The notes: generated by a model from the letters alone, not told the origin. A stretch of 55,908 bases of DNA from Deferribacterales bacterium (GCA_050253075.1 JBFWJS010000005.1:206869-262776), one strand, 5' to 3'. Counted from the first letter of the stretch, positions 9,776 to 19,413 are shown. Made by a program: numbers and translations.

Positions 9776-10318
9776 ATGTTAATGCGTTATTTCATTATCC
9801 TGACCATATCGTTGTACGCCCTTTTCGGATGCGTCACCGCTGCGCCCATTTACAGCGTCAGCAAAGGCCGACCCGCCTTTATCGAAAAAGATCTGGTGGG
9901 CACATATGAAGGGAGCGGGCTTTTAAAAGGTGCGAATGGAAACATACTGCGCACATACACAAGCACCCTCAGCGGATATACGGAAGACGGCGTGTTATTC
10001 CTCAGAGAAACCTATCATTACGACTCAGGCAGTACGAAGCAGTTCACCTATCGCATCTCCCCAACGGAGTCTGCGTTCAAGTATGACTGTGTCCGTATAG
10101 AGACACTGGATAAGTGCGGGGTCGAGCGTGCGGGGAGCAGCATCATGCTGAACATCACCACCACAGAGACAGACTTCATGCAGGCGGAGGTCACAAATAC
10201 AAAACACCTCTTCCATTTTTTAGAGGACGGCAAGCTGATCAAAAACACCTATTACAACAAGTTCTTATTCCTCCACGACAAAGACGAGATCACTCACTAC
10301 ACACGCATCTCACAATAA
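9776..10318 (+). CDS. Lipoprotein, DUF3833-like beta-barrel
   Basis: Signal peptide with lipobox LFGC; G..L.L.E.Y.Y.xG pattern resembles DUF3833. Confidence 0.5.
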   Translation: MLMRYFIILTISLYALFGCVTAAPIYSVSKGRPAFIEKDLVGTYEGSGLLKGANGNILRTYTSTLSGYTEDGVLFLRETYHYDSGSTKQFTYRISPTESAFKYDCVRIETLDKCGVERAGSSIMLNITTTETDFMQAEVTNTKHLFHFLEDGKLIKNTYYNKFLFLHDKDEITHYTRISQ

Positions 10319-10354
10319 AATCACAATAATCAGACGTTTTTTATCTTTTTACTA

Positions 10355-10383
10355 TTGACACAAATTATCGTTTAATATATCCT
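10355..10383 (+). promoter_or_regulatory. sigma70 promoter for ahpC
   Basis: TTGACA-17-TATCCT, GGAGG SD downstream. Confidence 0.6.
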
Positions 10384-10419
10384 CACTTTAGTAAATAATT
10401 CATACGGAGGTTACATTAA

Positions 10420-11016
10420 ATGAGCTTAGTAACAAAACAGGCCCCTACATTCTCAGCAGAAGCTGTAGTAAACAAAGAATTCAAAGAGATCAATCTCGAA
10501 AACTATAAAGGTAAGTGGGTTGTACTTTTCTTCTACCCGCTTGACTTCACATTCGTATGCCCTACAGAGATCACAGCTATGTCTGATGCATACGCAGAAT
10601 TTCAGAAACGTGACTGCGAAGTTATCGGCGTTTCCACAGACTCAAAATTCAGCCACCTTGCATGGATAAACACTCCACGTACAGAGGGCGGTCTCGGCGC
10701 TATTAACTACCCACTCGTAGCCGACTTTACAAAATCTATCTCCGAGGACTACGGCGTTCTTCTTGAAGGCGGAATGGCTCTCAGAGGTACATTCATAATC
10801 GATCCTAACGGCAAGGTTCAGTTCGAACTGATCCACGACCTCGGCATCGGACGTAACGTAAACGAGATCCTCAGAAACCTCGATGCGCTTCAGTTCGTAG
10901 CGAAGCACGGCGAAGTTTGTCCTGCGGGATGGACACCGGGTAAAGAGACAATGACTCCGGACCCTGAAAAGATGAAAAACTACTACAAAAACAACCCAGA
11001 CGGTTGGCAGAAATAA
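10420..11016 (+). CDS. ahpC: Typical 2-Cys peroxiredoxin
   Basis: [25 protein letters not shown]. Confidence 0.95.
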   Translation: MSLVTKQAPTFSAEAVVNKEFKEINLENYKGKWVVLFFYPLDFTFVCPTEITAMSDAYAEFQKRDCEVIGVSTDSKFSHLAWINTPRTEGGLGAINYPLVADFTKSISEDYGVLLEGGMALRGTFIIDPNGKVQFELIHDLGIGRNVNEILRNLDALQFVAKHGEVCPAGWTPGKETMTPDPEKMKNYYKNNPDGWQK

Positions 11017-11049
11017 AGAGTAACCACACACCACACCACACAATGTTGA

Positions 11050-11078
11050 GAGGGAGTTCCTACGGGAGCTCCCTTTTG
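11050..11078 (+). terminator. Intrinsic terminator after ahpC
   Basis: AGGGAGTTCC-TAC-GGGAGCTCCCT then T-run. Confidence 0.75.
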
Positions 11079-11088
11079 CTTTATCCGG

Positions 11089-11931
11089 TTAGATGAGCAT
11101 GAGAGTGCTGAATCCGAGCAGAAGAAATATCCCACCGAACTCCGCAATTGAATAAGCAAGCCTGTATCGCCCGCCCGATGTAACGGCGGAACGGAAAAGA
11201 TATGTAGCAACGGCGACAAGGCATATCGTCAGAGCCATACCGCACGCCATCATAAAAACAGCAAAGAAGCCTGCCAGAGGCATGCCGTTTGTAAATGCAA
11301 ACATAGAGAGCACCATAGCCCCGGGGCACGGCGTCAGACTTATCACAAGTGCGCTGGCGATGAAACTTTTGCCTGCGGGCTTGTCTCCCCTATCCTTTTT
11401 AAATATCTTGCCGAAGAGCAGATAGAGCCCCACACACAGTATCACCGTGTACGACAGCTTTGACATAACACCCGAAGCACTGTCGAAGCCGCGGGCGATG
11501 GAAGCGTTTAAAACGAAGTAAAGCACGCCCACCAGCACAAATGCCGTGAATGCATGTCCGTATGCCACCAAAGCACCGAAAACCGCCGATCGTGACACAC
11601 TCTGCCCGGACGAGAGGATATATCCCGATACCAGCGTCTTAGCGTGCCCCGGCCCCATAGAGTGAAATACTCCATAGACAAAGCTCATCAGGCAGAATGT
11701 TATGAAAGCGCCCGAGAACGGCTTTTCCTTTATCTCTCTGAACAGCTCCGTCAGACGGCTTTTTATCACCTGCTGTTTGTCGCTCAGGTAGTTATACACA
11801 CGGCTGCCCGAGTGGTTATGTATGTTCAGTTCTTTTTTGATCTCTGAAGGTTTCCCTCCCGCAAAGGGATTGGCCTGTGCCACACAGGTAAAACTAAGGC
11901 TAAGTAATAAAATAAAAATAAAGAATCTCAC
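11089..11931 (-). CDS. Nickel/cobalt transporter, RcnA/NiCoT-like
   Basis: YGVFHSMGPGHAKT and PCPGA motifs; multiple TM helices; coupled to DUF1007. Confidence 0.8.
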   Translation of the reverse strand: MRFFIFILLLSLSFTCVAQANPFAGGKPSEIKKELNIHNHSGSRVYNYLSDKQQVIKSRLTELFREIKEKPFSGAFITFCLMSFVYGVFHSMGPGHAKTLVSGYILSSGQSVSRSAVFGALVAYGHAFTAFVLVGVLYFVLNASIARGFDSASGVMSKLSYTVILCVGLYLLFGKIFKKDRGDKPAGKSFIASALVISLTPCPGAMVLSMFAFTNGMPLAGFFAVFMMACGMALTICLVAVATYLFRSAVTSGGRYRLAYSIAEFGGIFLLLGFSTLMLI

Positions 11932-12428
11932 TGCAGCTCCACAAATTGACGTCCGCCCATATCGCTCTTAAGGGTCGATTTACCGCCCTTCACACTTATC
12001 ACCGTTATGTCGGTATAGTATGTCTCGTCGAAATTATATATCTCCAGAGGCTGCTTGCACCCTGCGGTTTTTATAGGCAGATCAAACTGATAAGTAACCT
12101 TTACCCCGTCGGAAGAGGCTTTGAAATTTGATGCGGTTCCGACATCTAGCATAGCATTTCCGCAGTAGGCTATGAAGAAATAACCGAAATTTGAGAGGTT
12201 GTCGAACATCTCGCTCTTCAGCTTTTTCGCCTCCTGCCCTGTGAACTGCTTATCACCGTCGACGTCGTAGTCGCTGTACATGACATTGCTGAACATCTCG
12301 TCAAACTGCCAGCTGGCATGGACGACAGCCTTGTCAAAGGATAGCCTGGACTCCACCCACACATGCGGATGAGCCCAGACGGTATTTGTAAATAGTATTA
12401 ATATGAGTGTGAGGTATCGCAGCATCAT
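11928..12428 (-). CDS. DUF1007 periplasmic protein
   Basis: Signal peptide then AHPHVWV; WQFDEMFS; DETYY. Confidence 0.8.
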   Translation of the reverse strand: MMLRYLTLILILFTNTVWAHPHVWVESRLSFDKAVVHASWQFDEMFSNVMYSDYDVDGDKQFTGQEAKKLKSEMFDNLSNFGYFFIAYCGNAMLDVGTASNFKASSDGVKVTYQFDLPIKTAGCKQPLEIYNFDETYYTDITVISVKGGKSTLKSDMGGRQFVELQ

Positions 12429-12970
12429 TTAACCAGCTTTGATATCTCCTTAAACTCAGGTGTGCCCGCCTGTCCGAGCAGCATGAAGAGAACAGTCTCT
12501 GCACATGTGATAACAGCGCCCGCCTTCTCCATCATGTCCAGAGCTATCTGCCAGTTGAAATCTGACCTGCTGCACACGGCATCGGCTGCGACATGCACAT
12601 TATATCCCGCTTCGAGCAGATCAAGCACTGTCTGCAGAACACACACGTGTGTCTCCATACCGGTGATCACAACGTTCTTTATACCTTTTGCCTTGAGCTG
12701 TTCGTTGAATGAAGGCTCACCACAGCATGAGAATGTCACTTTTTCAACGTGTCCGTCGATGTCCCCTGCGAGCTCTTTCACTGTAGCTCCGAGGCCTTTT
12801 GTATACTGCTGTGTGGCGATTACGGGCATTCCGAGCACCTTTGCGCCTTTCACTAGTTTTACGGTATTGGAAAGCATATCTTCATAGACAGCTTCATCCA
12901 TAGCCACCACGAGCTTTTCCTGTACGTCGATGACAGCTACGGCTGTGTCTTCTTTTGTCAGCTTAAACAT
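12425..12970 (-). CDS. Isochorismatase-family hydrolase (YcaC-like)
   Basis: IDVQEKL, TQQY..GLG.T, K.TFSC, GMETHVCVLQT. Confidence 0.9.
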   Translation of the reverse strand: MFKLTKEDTAVAVIDVQEKLVVAMDEAVYEDMLSNTVKLVKGAKVLGMPVIATQQYTKGLGATVKELAGDIDGHVEKVTFSCCGEPSFNEQLKAKGIKNVVITGMETHVCVLQTVLDLLEAGYNVHVAADAVCSRSDFNWQIALDMMEKAGAVITCAETVLFMLLGQAGTPEFKEISKLVK

Positions 12971-12980
12971 ATCGCACCCC

Positions 12981-13583
12981 TTAAATATCTAATAATTTTT
13001 CTATTTCCTGTACATCATTCTGCCAGTCGGCGAAATGGTACACCTGCAGACCTTCGTTCTTTGCCCTCTCGATGTGAGAGGCGTTGTCGTCGACGAATAG
13101 AACCTTTTCAGGGTCCACGCCGAAATCAGCACAAACCTCCGGGAAAACGCTCTGATCTTTTTTCCCTTTACCGAGATTATAAGAGTTGTACACCCTTTCA
13201 AAATATCCGAAAAATCCGTACATTTCATTAAATTCTTCGAGCCAGTTTGTCTGGTCGCTTAAAATGGCGAGCCTGTACTTACCGCTCAGTCTTATCTTTT
13301 CTATCAGAGCGAGCACCTCGCCCCTGATTATAAATCTGTCAAATATCTGCTGGCGCATGTCTTCTACGCTCATGTCGAAGTCGTATATGGCGGACAGCTT
13401 CTCCCAGAATTCATCCTCTGTCGCTCTGCCGTACATGTATCCCGTGGTCCAGAGAACCTCGCATGCATCGTCGAAAAACTTTGCAGGCTCGAATCCATGC
13501 TTCTCTGCGATGTCTTTCAGGCCGTTCACCCAGCCCTCTTCTGCTATCACGCCGCCAAAATCAAAAAATACACTTTCTATCAT
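12981..13583 (-). CDS. HAD-superfamily phosphatase
   Basis: FDFGGV motif I, ILSD, FVDDNASHI; start at ATG 13583 behind GGAGG. Confidence 0.85.
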   Translation of the reverse strand: MIESVFFDFGGVIAEEGWVNGLKDIAEKHGFEPAKFFDDACEVLWTTGYMYGRATEDEFWEKLSAIYDFDMSVEDMRQQIFDRFIIRGEVLALIEKIRLSGKYRLAILSDQTNWLEEFNEMYGFFGYFERVYNSYNLGKGKKDQSVFPEVCADFGVDPEKVLFVDDNASHIERAKNEGLQVYHFADWQNDVQEIEKLLDI

Positions 13584-13632
13584 TAGTGCCTCCGATACAC
13601 CTAACATAATATATTCAGAAAAAAGAATGAAG

Positions 13633-13661
13633 TTGAAAAAGTGATGACGACGACATATTCT
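13633..13661 (+). promoter_or_regulatory. sigma70 promoter for mnmA
   Basis: TTGAAA-17-TATTCT. Confidence 0.5.
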
Positions 13662-13668
13662 ATTAATC

Positions 13669-13752
13669 TGTCACTGCGAACCTGTATAGGAGAAGCAGTC
13701 TTAGCCATAATGTGGAAAGATTGCCGCGTCGCCGACGCTCCCCGCAATGACA
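13669..13752. repeat. REP-like palindromic doublet, GTCACTGCGA..CGCAATGAC subtype
   Basis: TGTCACTGCGAACCTGTATAGGAGAAGCAGTCT..AGATTGCCGCGTCGCCGACGCTCCCCGCAATGACA; similar to the copy at 38314. Confidence 0.8.
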
Positions 13753-13765
13753 AATGGAGTGTAAA

Positions 13766-14800
13766 TTGAGTGAAAAAGTACTAGTAGCTATGAGCGGCGG
13801 AGTCGACAGCACGCTCGTGGCGCACATTTTAAAAGAACGCGGATACGACGTTGTCGGATGCACCATAAAGTTTTTTGCTGAGCAGGAACAGGCTGTTAAA
13901 GACGGCGAAAAAGCCGCAAAGGAACTGGGCATAGACTGGTTCTGGGCTGACTACACAGATCATTTCAAAGAGGATGTAATATCATATTTCATCCGCACAT
14001 ACATACAGGGGAAAACACCAAACCCTTGTGCGCACTGTAACAGACACGCAAAGTTTAACTACCTTTTCCGTGAGATGAAGGCTGCAGGGGCTACAAAGAT
14101 AGCCACGGGGCATTATGCGAAGAAGGTTCAGATAGGCGATAAATACTTCTTTAAAAAAGGCGAGGACGTCCGTAAGGACCAATCATACTACCTCTGTCTG
14201 CTGAAAGACTTTCAGCGTGAGGTCATAGAGTTTCCCCTCGGCGATATGGAAAAGACCAATGTAAAGGCAAAGGCTGCCGAGCTGGGGCTTTCCGTAGCGG
14301 AGAAAGAGGAGAGTCAGGACATTTGCTTCCTTCAGGGGGGCGACTATCGTGATTTCCTCGAGGCAAAGCTGGGTAAAGACAGCATAAAGAAGGGCTGGTT
14401 CATCAAAGACGGCAAAAAGTTCAAAGAGCACGACGGTATCATCTATTACACCGTAGGACAGCGTAAAGGGCTGAACATAGGCTATCACGAGCCGCTCTTT
14501 GTCAAAGAGATAGACGCCGAAAGCGGAAACATCATCGTCACCAGCAAAGATGAAGTGACAGGCAGAGGCGTGAAGGTCACCGACCTTGTATTCCCCGATG
14601 ACCACGACAGAGTGTTCCGTGCGGAGGTAAAGATACGCTACCGCATGCAGCCTGTGCCTTGTATGGTGGAGATACACCCGGACAACAAGGCGACCATACT
14701 CTTCGACAGACCCGAATTTGCCCCGACACCGGGACAGATAGCATGTGTATATGAAAATGACGTGGTGACCTGTGGCGGATACATTTCAGACGTATTTTAA
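13766..14800 (+). CDS. mnmA: tRNA 2-thiouridine(34) synthase, CxxC+C type
   Basis: AMSGGVDS PP-loop, TPNPCAHCN, ATGHY, KDQSYYL, SQDICF, YTVGQRKGL, TPGQ; likely TTG start at 13766 behind GGAG. Confidence 0.93.
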   Translation: MSEKVLVAMSGGVDSTLVAHILKERGYDVVGCTIKFFAEQEQAVKDGEKAAKELGIDWFWADYTDHFKEDVISYFIRTYIQGKTPNPCAHCNRHAKFNYLFREMKAAGATKIATGHYAKKVQIGDKYFFKKGEDVRKDQSYYLCLLKDFQREVIEFPLGDMEKTNVKAKAAELGLSVAEKEESQDICFLQGGDYRDFLEAKLGKDSIKKGWFIKDGKKFKEHDGIIYYTVGQRKGLNIGYHEPLFVKEIDAESGNIIVTSKDEVTGRGVKVTDLVFPDDHDRVFRAEVKIRYRMQPVPCMVEIHPDNKATILFDRPEFAPTPGQIACVYENDVVTCGGYISDVF

Positions 14801-15446
14801 TAAATTCGACAAAGCTGTCGTCGCACTCAGCGGCGGAGCAGACTCTGCATGTACTCTTATGCTCGCTGTGGAGCACATGGGGAAAGAGAATGTCAAAGCT
14901 GCCACATGTGTGAATGACCACTTCTTTAAGATAGAACTGGATCAGGCCGTCAGGATCGCTCAGATGCTCGGTGTGGAACATATACCCTTCACCGCAGACA
15001 TCTCCCCTGAATTTTATAAAGGGGGCGAGATGCGCTGTTACCACTGTAAGAAGTCGATAATGTCTGCCATTATAGCACAGAATGCTGCGGACATCATCTT
15101 CGACGGCACGAACGCAGACGACGACCTCGCAGAGCGTAAAGGGAGCATAGCAGCGGGCGAGCTGGGGATAGTATCACCCCTGCACGACTTGGGGCTGGGT
15201 AAGGCATTTGTTCATGAAAAGGTCAAAGCGCTCGGGCTAATCTTCAGAGACGAATCCTGCAAAGCTACCCGCATAAACGGCATCATCACGGATGAAAAGA
15301 TGGCTCAGGTGGATGCTTTTGAATCACCTATTAAGGAGCAGTTCCCCGGGCTTAGATACCGCATAGATGAAAACAGGGTTGAGTTCAAGAAACCTCTCAG
15401 ATTATCCTCAGAGGATTTTCAGATCATTTCAAAGCAGAAAAAATAG
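14772..15446 (+). CDS. PP-loop ATP-utilising sulfur transferase, LarE/TIGR00268-like (short)
   Basis: ALSGGADS, RCYHCK, DGTNADD, SPL, SCKATR. Confidence 0.75.
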   Translation: MADTFQTYFNKFDKAVVALSGGADSACTLMLAVEHMGKENVKAATCVNDHFFKIELDQAVRIAQMLGVEHIPFTADISPEFYKGGEMRCYHCKKSIMSAIIAQNAADIIFDGTNADDDLAERKGSIAAGELGIVSPLHDLGLGKAFVHEKVKALGLIFRDESCKATRINGIITDEKMAQVDAFESPIKEQFPGLRYRIDENRVEFKKPLRLSSEDFQIISKQKK

Positions 15447-15509
15447 CAAAGGCTGACCGCTTACTTAATGCGATTCCAGCAATGACAATAAACTTCAGTA
15501 AATAGGCAT

Positions 15510-15539
15510 AAAAAAAGGCGGTCGCATTGACCGCCTTTT
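15510..15539. terminator. Bidirectional intrinsic terminator
   Basis: AAAAAAAGGCGGTC-GCATT-GACCGCCTTTT. Confidence 0.9.
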
Positions 15540-15565
15540 CTGTATATCCACCAAATAATGGTTGA

Positions 15566-15955
15566 TTAACGTTTGGAGAACTGAGGAGACTTTCTGGCTT
15601 TTGGTTTACCAGCTTTCTTTCTTTCCACAGCTCTGGCATCCCTTGTAAGGAAGCCTTTCTTTTTAAGAGGAGGACGGTTAGTCTCGTCGAACTCACAGAG
15701 AGCTCTTGAAAGACCATGTCTGATAGCGCCCGCCTGACCAGTTTTACCGCCGCCTTTAACAGTGATGTAAAGGTCGAACTTGCCCTCAGCGCCGATGATA
15801 GCGAGAGGCTGCATGCTGATCATGCAAAGTGTTTCCCTGCTGAAGTAGTCGCTAGGAGTTTTGCCGTTGATAGTAACATCGCCCTTACCAGGTTTTATGA
15901 AAACTCTGGCACAGGATGTTTTTCTTCTACCTGTTCCGTAAATATAGTCAGCCAT
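15566..15955 (-). CDS. rpsI: 30S ribosomal protein S9
   Basis: [21 protein letters not shown]-terminal PQFSKR. Confidence 0.98.
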   Translation of the reverse strand: MADYIYGTGRRKTSCARVFIKPGKGDVTINGKTPSDYFSRETLCMISMQPLAIIGAEGKFDLYITVKGGGKTGQAGAIRHGLSRALCEFDETNRPPLKKKGFLTRDARAVERKKAGKPKARKSPQFSKR

Positions 15956-15966
15956 CAATCTTCTCC

Positions 15967-16395
15967 TTAAATATCGAGTACTTCAGGGTTCTGAGCAGCG
16001 TGTGGGTGCTCTGCGCCTGTGTATATCTTAAGCTTTTTGATCATTGCTCTGCCCATTTTTGTTTTAGGGAGCATTCTTCTAACAGCCATTCTGATAACTT
16101 CCTCAGGAGCTTTTTCGAGTTGCTCTTTAAGGCTTCTCTCTTTGATACCGCCAAGGTAGCCAGAGTGTCTGTAGTATTTCTTATCTTCCATCTTTTTACC
16201 TGTAACTGCGAATTTCTCAGCATTTACGATAACGATGAAATCGCCTGTGTCGATGGATGGTGTGTATGTAGGTTTATGCTTACCCATAAGGATAGTAGCA
16301 ACCTCAGTAGCAAGACGACCGAGAATCTTATTCTCAGCATCAAGAACGAACCATTTTTTTTCTATTTCGTCGGGTTTAGCCCAATAGCTTTTCAT
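15967..16395 (-). CDS. rplM: 50S ribosomal protein L13
   Basis: [32 protein letters not shown]. Confidence 0.98.
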   Translation of the reverse strand: MKSYWAKPDEIEKKWFVLDAENKILGRLATEVATILMGKHKPTYTPSIDTGDFIVIVNAEKFAVTGKKMEDKKYYRHSGYLGGIKERSLKEQLEKAPEEVIRMAVRRMLPKTKMGRAMIKKLKIYTGAEHPHAAQNPEVLDI

Positions 16396-16500
16396 TACTT
16401 TATACCTCGTCTAACTATGAGCCTTCTTTTTATTGAAAAAGTGCGTTAGTGTCAAGCACTTTTCCCCTGGAAGGCGCATCTAGTAATAGTTGGCGCTTCC

Positions 16501-16857
16501 TTAGAAGCCCTTTCTTCTTTCTTTGATTCTCGCAGCTTTACCACGAAGATCTCTCATGTAGTAGAGTCTACCCTGACGTACACGTCCTTTTCTAACAAGT
16601 TCAACCTTGTCAATCTTTGGAGTGTAGAATGGGAATATTCTCTCTACACCGATGTCGCCAACCATCTTTCTAACAGTGAAAGTTGAGTTAGTGCCGGCAT
16701 TGTGAATCTTAAGCACGAGTCCTTCGTATACCTGAACACGCTCTTTGTTCCCCTCTTTAATTCTGAAGTGAACTTTAACTGTGTCACCTGTACGAAACTC
16801 AGGAAGCTCTTTGTTTGCGAACTGCGCTTCCACAGATTCGATCAGTTTATTCTTCAT
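16501..16857 (-). CDS. rplS: 50S ribosomal protein L19
   Basis: FRTGDTVKV, EGNKERVQ, GVERIFP, LYYMR. Confidence 0.98.
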   Translation of the reverse strand: MKNKLIESVEAQFANKELPEFRTGDTVKVHFRIKEGNKERVQVYEGLVLKIHNAGTNSTFTVRKMVGDIGVERIFPFYTPKIDKVELVRKGRVRQGRLYYMRDLRGKAARIKERRKGF

Positions 16858-16869
16858 CGAAAAGTCCTC

Positions 16870-18147
16870 CTAAAACCTGTATATCCTATCTAATATTATA
16901 GCCACAGCGCTTCTGACCGAGAGGTGGTTGAAGTTACCAGCGCCCTCTATGGGTTTAAGCACTCTGTCTGACATTTTGAACACATCCTCGGTGAATCCCC
17001 ATCCTGTACCGAATATGATAAGGATCGGCTTCTCCTCGGAGAGCTCAGATACTTCCTGAAATCCGATGTTCGCACGGCTGTCTCTGGCTGTGGTGGCCAC
17101 GACAACAGGGCGTTCACCCTCTTTCTTTTCGATATCTGCTACGACGTCGAGCAGTCCTTCCATCAGCAGCGTACCGCCGAAAGCCTGCTTCCTGTTTACG
17201 TTGTACGTTGCTCCAAAGCCCTCAAGCCAGTGTTTGATAACCCGGGAAGCTATCTCTCTTTGTGCTTCAAGGGGTGTCACCACATAATAATTTTTTACGT
17301 CGTACGTGGTGCAGCTTCTGGAAATGTCGTGAAGGTCCATATTCGTAATCGAAGTGGCGACATTCTCCTTCTCTTTATCCTTCATCGGATAATGGAGCAA
17401 AGCGACATATATTTTCTTTTTTCTGCGGAAAGTGTCAAGGATTTTTTTATCCTCGGCTGATAAATTCGCTGTTTTCAGCATATCACGCCTGTTCTCATAG
17501 GTGCGCATCAGGGATTGTTCCCTTCTCCACTTCTCTATGTTCGCGTGATGTCCCGAGAACAGTATCTCCGGCACTTCATGCCCCTCGTATTCGCGGGGTT
17601 TGCTATAGTGCGGATGTTCCAGCAGCCCTGACTGATGAGACTCTTCCAAAGGAGAGTTCTCATCGCCGAGCACACCCGGCAGAAGTCTTGCGATGGAGTC
17701 TATCATCACCATTGAAGCGAATTCTCCGCCTGTGAGAACGAAGTCGCCCAGTGACATTGACTCATCCACTACAAGGTCAACGACCCTTTCGTCTACACCC
17801 TCATATCTTCCACATATGAATGTGAGGCTGTCATACTCTTTGAGCCGTTCAGCATCTTCCTGTGTGAAGCGTTTCCCTCTCGGGTCCATCAGTATCACAC
17901 GGGTGCCGCCCTGTTTATCTTTTATATCATTGACTGCACGGTGTATGGGCTCGACTTTCATCACGAGTCCCTGACCGCCGCCATACTGGTAGTCGTCTGT
18001 TGTTCTGTGCTTATCTGTTGTGTAGTCGCGAATATCAACGGGGTTTATGTGGAAAAATCCGGACTCCGCAGCCTTGCTTAAAACACCAAGCGAAAAAGGA
18101 TCACGAAACATATCAGGAAAAATTGTAAGTATATTATATTTCTTCAC
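16870..18147 (-). CDS. trmD: tRNA (guanine-N1)-methyltransferase TrmD fused to a C-terminal SPOUT RNA methyltransferase (COG4752-like)
   Basis: YGGGQG, CGRYEGVDER, SLGDFVLTGGE, SGHH; then ALLHYP, TNMDLHDISR, FGTGWG, FNHLSVRSA. Confidence 0.92.
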   Translation of the reverse strand: MKKYNILTIFPDMFRDPFSLGVLSKAAESGFFHINPVDIRDYTTDKHRTTDDYQYGGGQGLVMKVEPIHRAVNDIKDKQGGTRVILMDPRGKRFTQEDAERLKEYDSLTFICGRYEGVDERVVDLVVDESMSLGDFVLTGGEFASMVMIDSIARLLPGVLGDENSPLEESHQSGLLEHPHYSKPREYEGHEVPEILFSGHHANIEKWRREQSLMRTYENRRDMLKTANLSAEDKKILDTFRRKKKIYVALLHYPMKDKEKENVATSITNMDLHDISRSCTTYDVKNYYVVTPLEAQREIASRVIKHWLEGFGATYNVNRKQAFGGTLLMEGLLDVVADIEKKEGERPVVVATTARDSRANIGFQEVSELSEEKPILIIFGTGWGFTEDVFKMSDRVLKPIEGAGNFNHLSVRSAVAIILDRIYRF

Positions 18148-18643
18148 TGACGAGCCCGATCCTGTCTATTACCAGTTTTTTTTCTTTCACGTTTATCTCT
18201 AGTACATGGTCTGTATTATCGGAGATAAGATAGTAGCCCTTATCCGTTTTGATACGGAAGATATCTGCACCGCCGGCCTCCATATAGTCCACCAGCGTGC
18301 CTACCGTCTCTCCATCTTTGTCAAACACCGGCGCCCCTTCCAGCTCGTGCCAGTATATCTCGCCTTCGAGCTCGGGGAGCATATCTTCAGGGACGACAAC
18401 GTCCATCCCTTTATATTTTTTTGCTGTGTCGATGTCCTCCACACCCACAAGCCCCACGAGCACGTTGCCCTTGAACTCCTGCATGTATTCGATAGCGAGA
18501 GACGCCTTAACATCCCCCTTCACCGCCAGCATCATATATTCTATTTCATCAAAAACTTCCGGAGTGTCGGTGAGAATCTGCATTATCAGCTCTCCGTCCA
18601 GTCCGTGCGTATTTATGAGTCTGCCTACTTTAACAAGCTTCAT
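18134..18643 (-). CDS. rimM: Ribosome maturation factor RimM
   Basis: VGRLINTHGLDGEL, YWHEL; position between khpA and trmD. Confidence 0.93.
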   Translation of the reverse strand: MKLVKVGRLINTHGLDGELIMQILTDTPEVFDEIEYMMLAVKGDVKASLAIEYMQEFKGNVLVGLVGVEDIDTAKKYKGMDVVVPEDMLPELEGEIYWHELEGAPVFDKDGETVGTLVDYMEAGGADIFRIKTDKGYYLISDNTDHVLEINVKEKKLVIDRIGLVSEEI

Positions 18644-18655
18644 GAACCACTTCGC

Positions 18656-18689
18656 GTAAAAAGGGCATAGGTTTCCCCTGCCCTTTTAC
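18656..18689 (-). terminator. Terminator-like hairpin between khpA and rimM
   Basis: AAAAAGGGCA..TGCCCTTTT inverted repeat. Confidence 0.55.
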
Positions 18690-18732
18690 AAACCTATTAA
18701 ATTGCATAACCGCGTCAAAGCGACACAGGTCA

Positions 18733-18966
18733 TTAGTCTTCGAGAATCTCGAGAACCACCTTTTTACCGCATTTAACGCCGGAAGCATTCAGTATTGTTC
18801 TGATAGCTTTGGCTGTGCGGCCCTGCTTTCCGATCACTTTACCGAGATCCGCCTGAGCCACTCTGAGCTCGAGGATAGAGGCTTTTTCGCCCTCAACCTC
18901 TTTCAGGTTAACAGCTTCAGGGTTATCTACAAGTGATCTAACGATAAATTCAACAAGCTCTTTCAT
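18733..18966 (-). CDS. khpA: KH-domain RNA-binding protein KhpA (UPF0109)
   Basis: [17 protein letters not shown]; conserved rpsP-khpA-rimM order. Confidence 0.93.
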   Translation of the reverse strand: MKELVEFIVRSLVDNPEAVNLKEVEGEKASILELRVAQADLGKVIGKQGRTAKAIRTILNASGVKCGKKVVLEILED

Positions 18967-19042
18967 GGTTCACCTCTTACAGGTTCGGAATCTCCGAACC
19001 GAAAGTCGCCATAAAATCTCCCGCAGAGGGTGATTTTATTGA

Positions 19043-19306
19043 TTAACGAGACTCGTGATATTTTTTCATTACTCCGTTTTTGGAGAGGATGCTTTTTACA
19101 GTATCTGTAGGCTGAGCACCTTTCTGAAGCCAGCTGAGAGCTTTCTCTTCATCTATTCTGATCTCCATTTGCTCAGGCATTGGGTTGTAGAAACCGAGAA
19201 CTTCGATGAAGTTACCGTTTCTTCTTTCTCTGCTGTCACATACAACTATTCTGTAAAAAGGTCTTTTCTTACGACCGAGTCTCACAAGTCTGATTTTGGT
19301 AGCCAT
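19043..19306 (-). CDS. rpsP: 30S ribosomal protein S16
   Basis: [26 protein letters not shown]. Confidence 0.98.
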   Translation of the reverse strand: MATKIRLVRLGRKKRPFYRIVVCDSRERRNGNFIEVLGFYNPMPEQMEIRIDEEKALSWLQKGAQPTDTVKSILSKNGVMKKYHESR

Positions 19307-19413
19307 TTGGTATTACCTCGTATTTTTTAAAGTATTTTTATAATATCTTTTAGCAAGCTTTTCCTTCTGGAGGAGTGCTCTGCCTTATTTTAAAAAACTA
19401 AACTGCCGGCAGC

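Noticed and set aside
10387..10405. Possible PerR/Fur box near the ahpC start site
   Set aside because: AT-rich and only weakly palindromic; not distinguishable from background by eye
11023..11043. ACCACAC-type microrepeat after ahpC
   Set aside because: Only about three short units in a 3' UTR; no support for function
13663..13932. Small ORFs crossing the REP-like elements (also 38284-38466 and 43821-44012)
   Set aside because: Translations of repeat DNA that also overlap real genes
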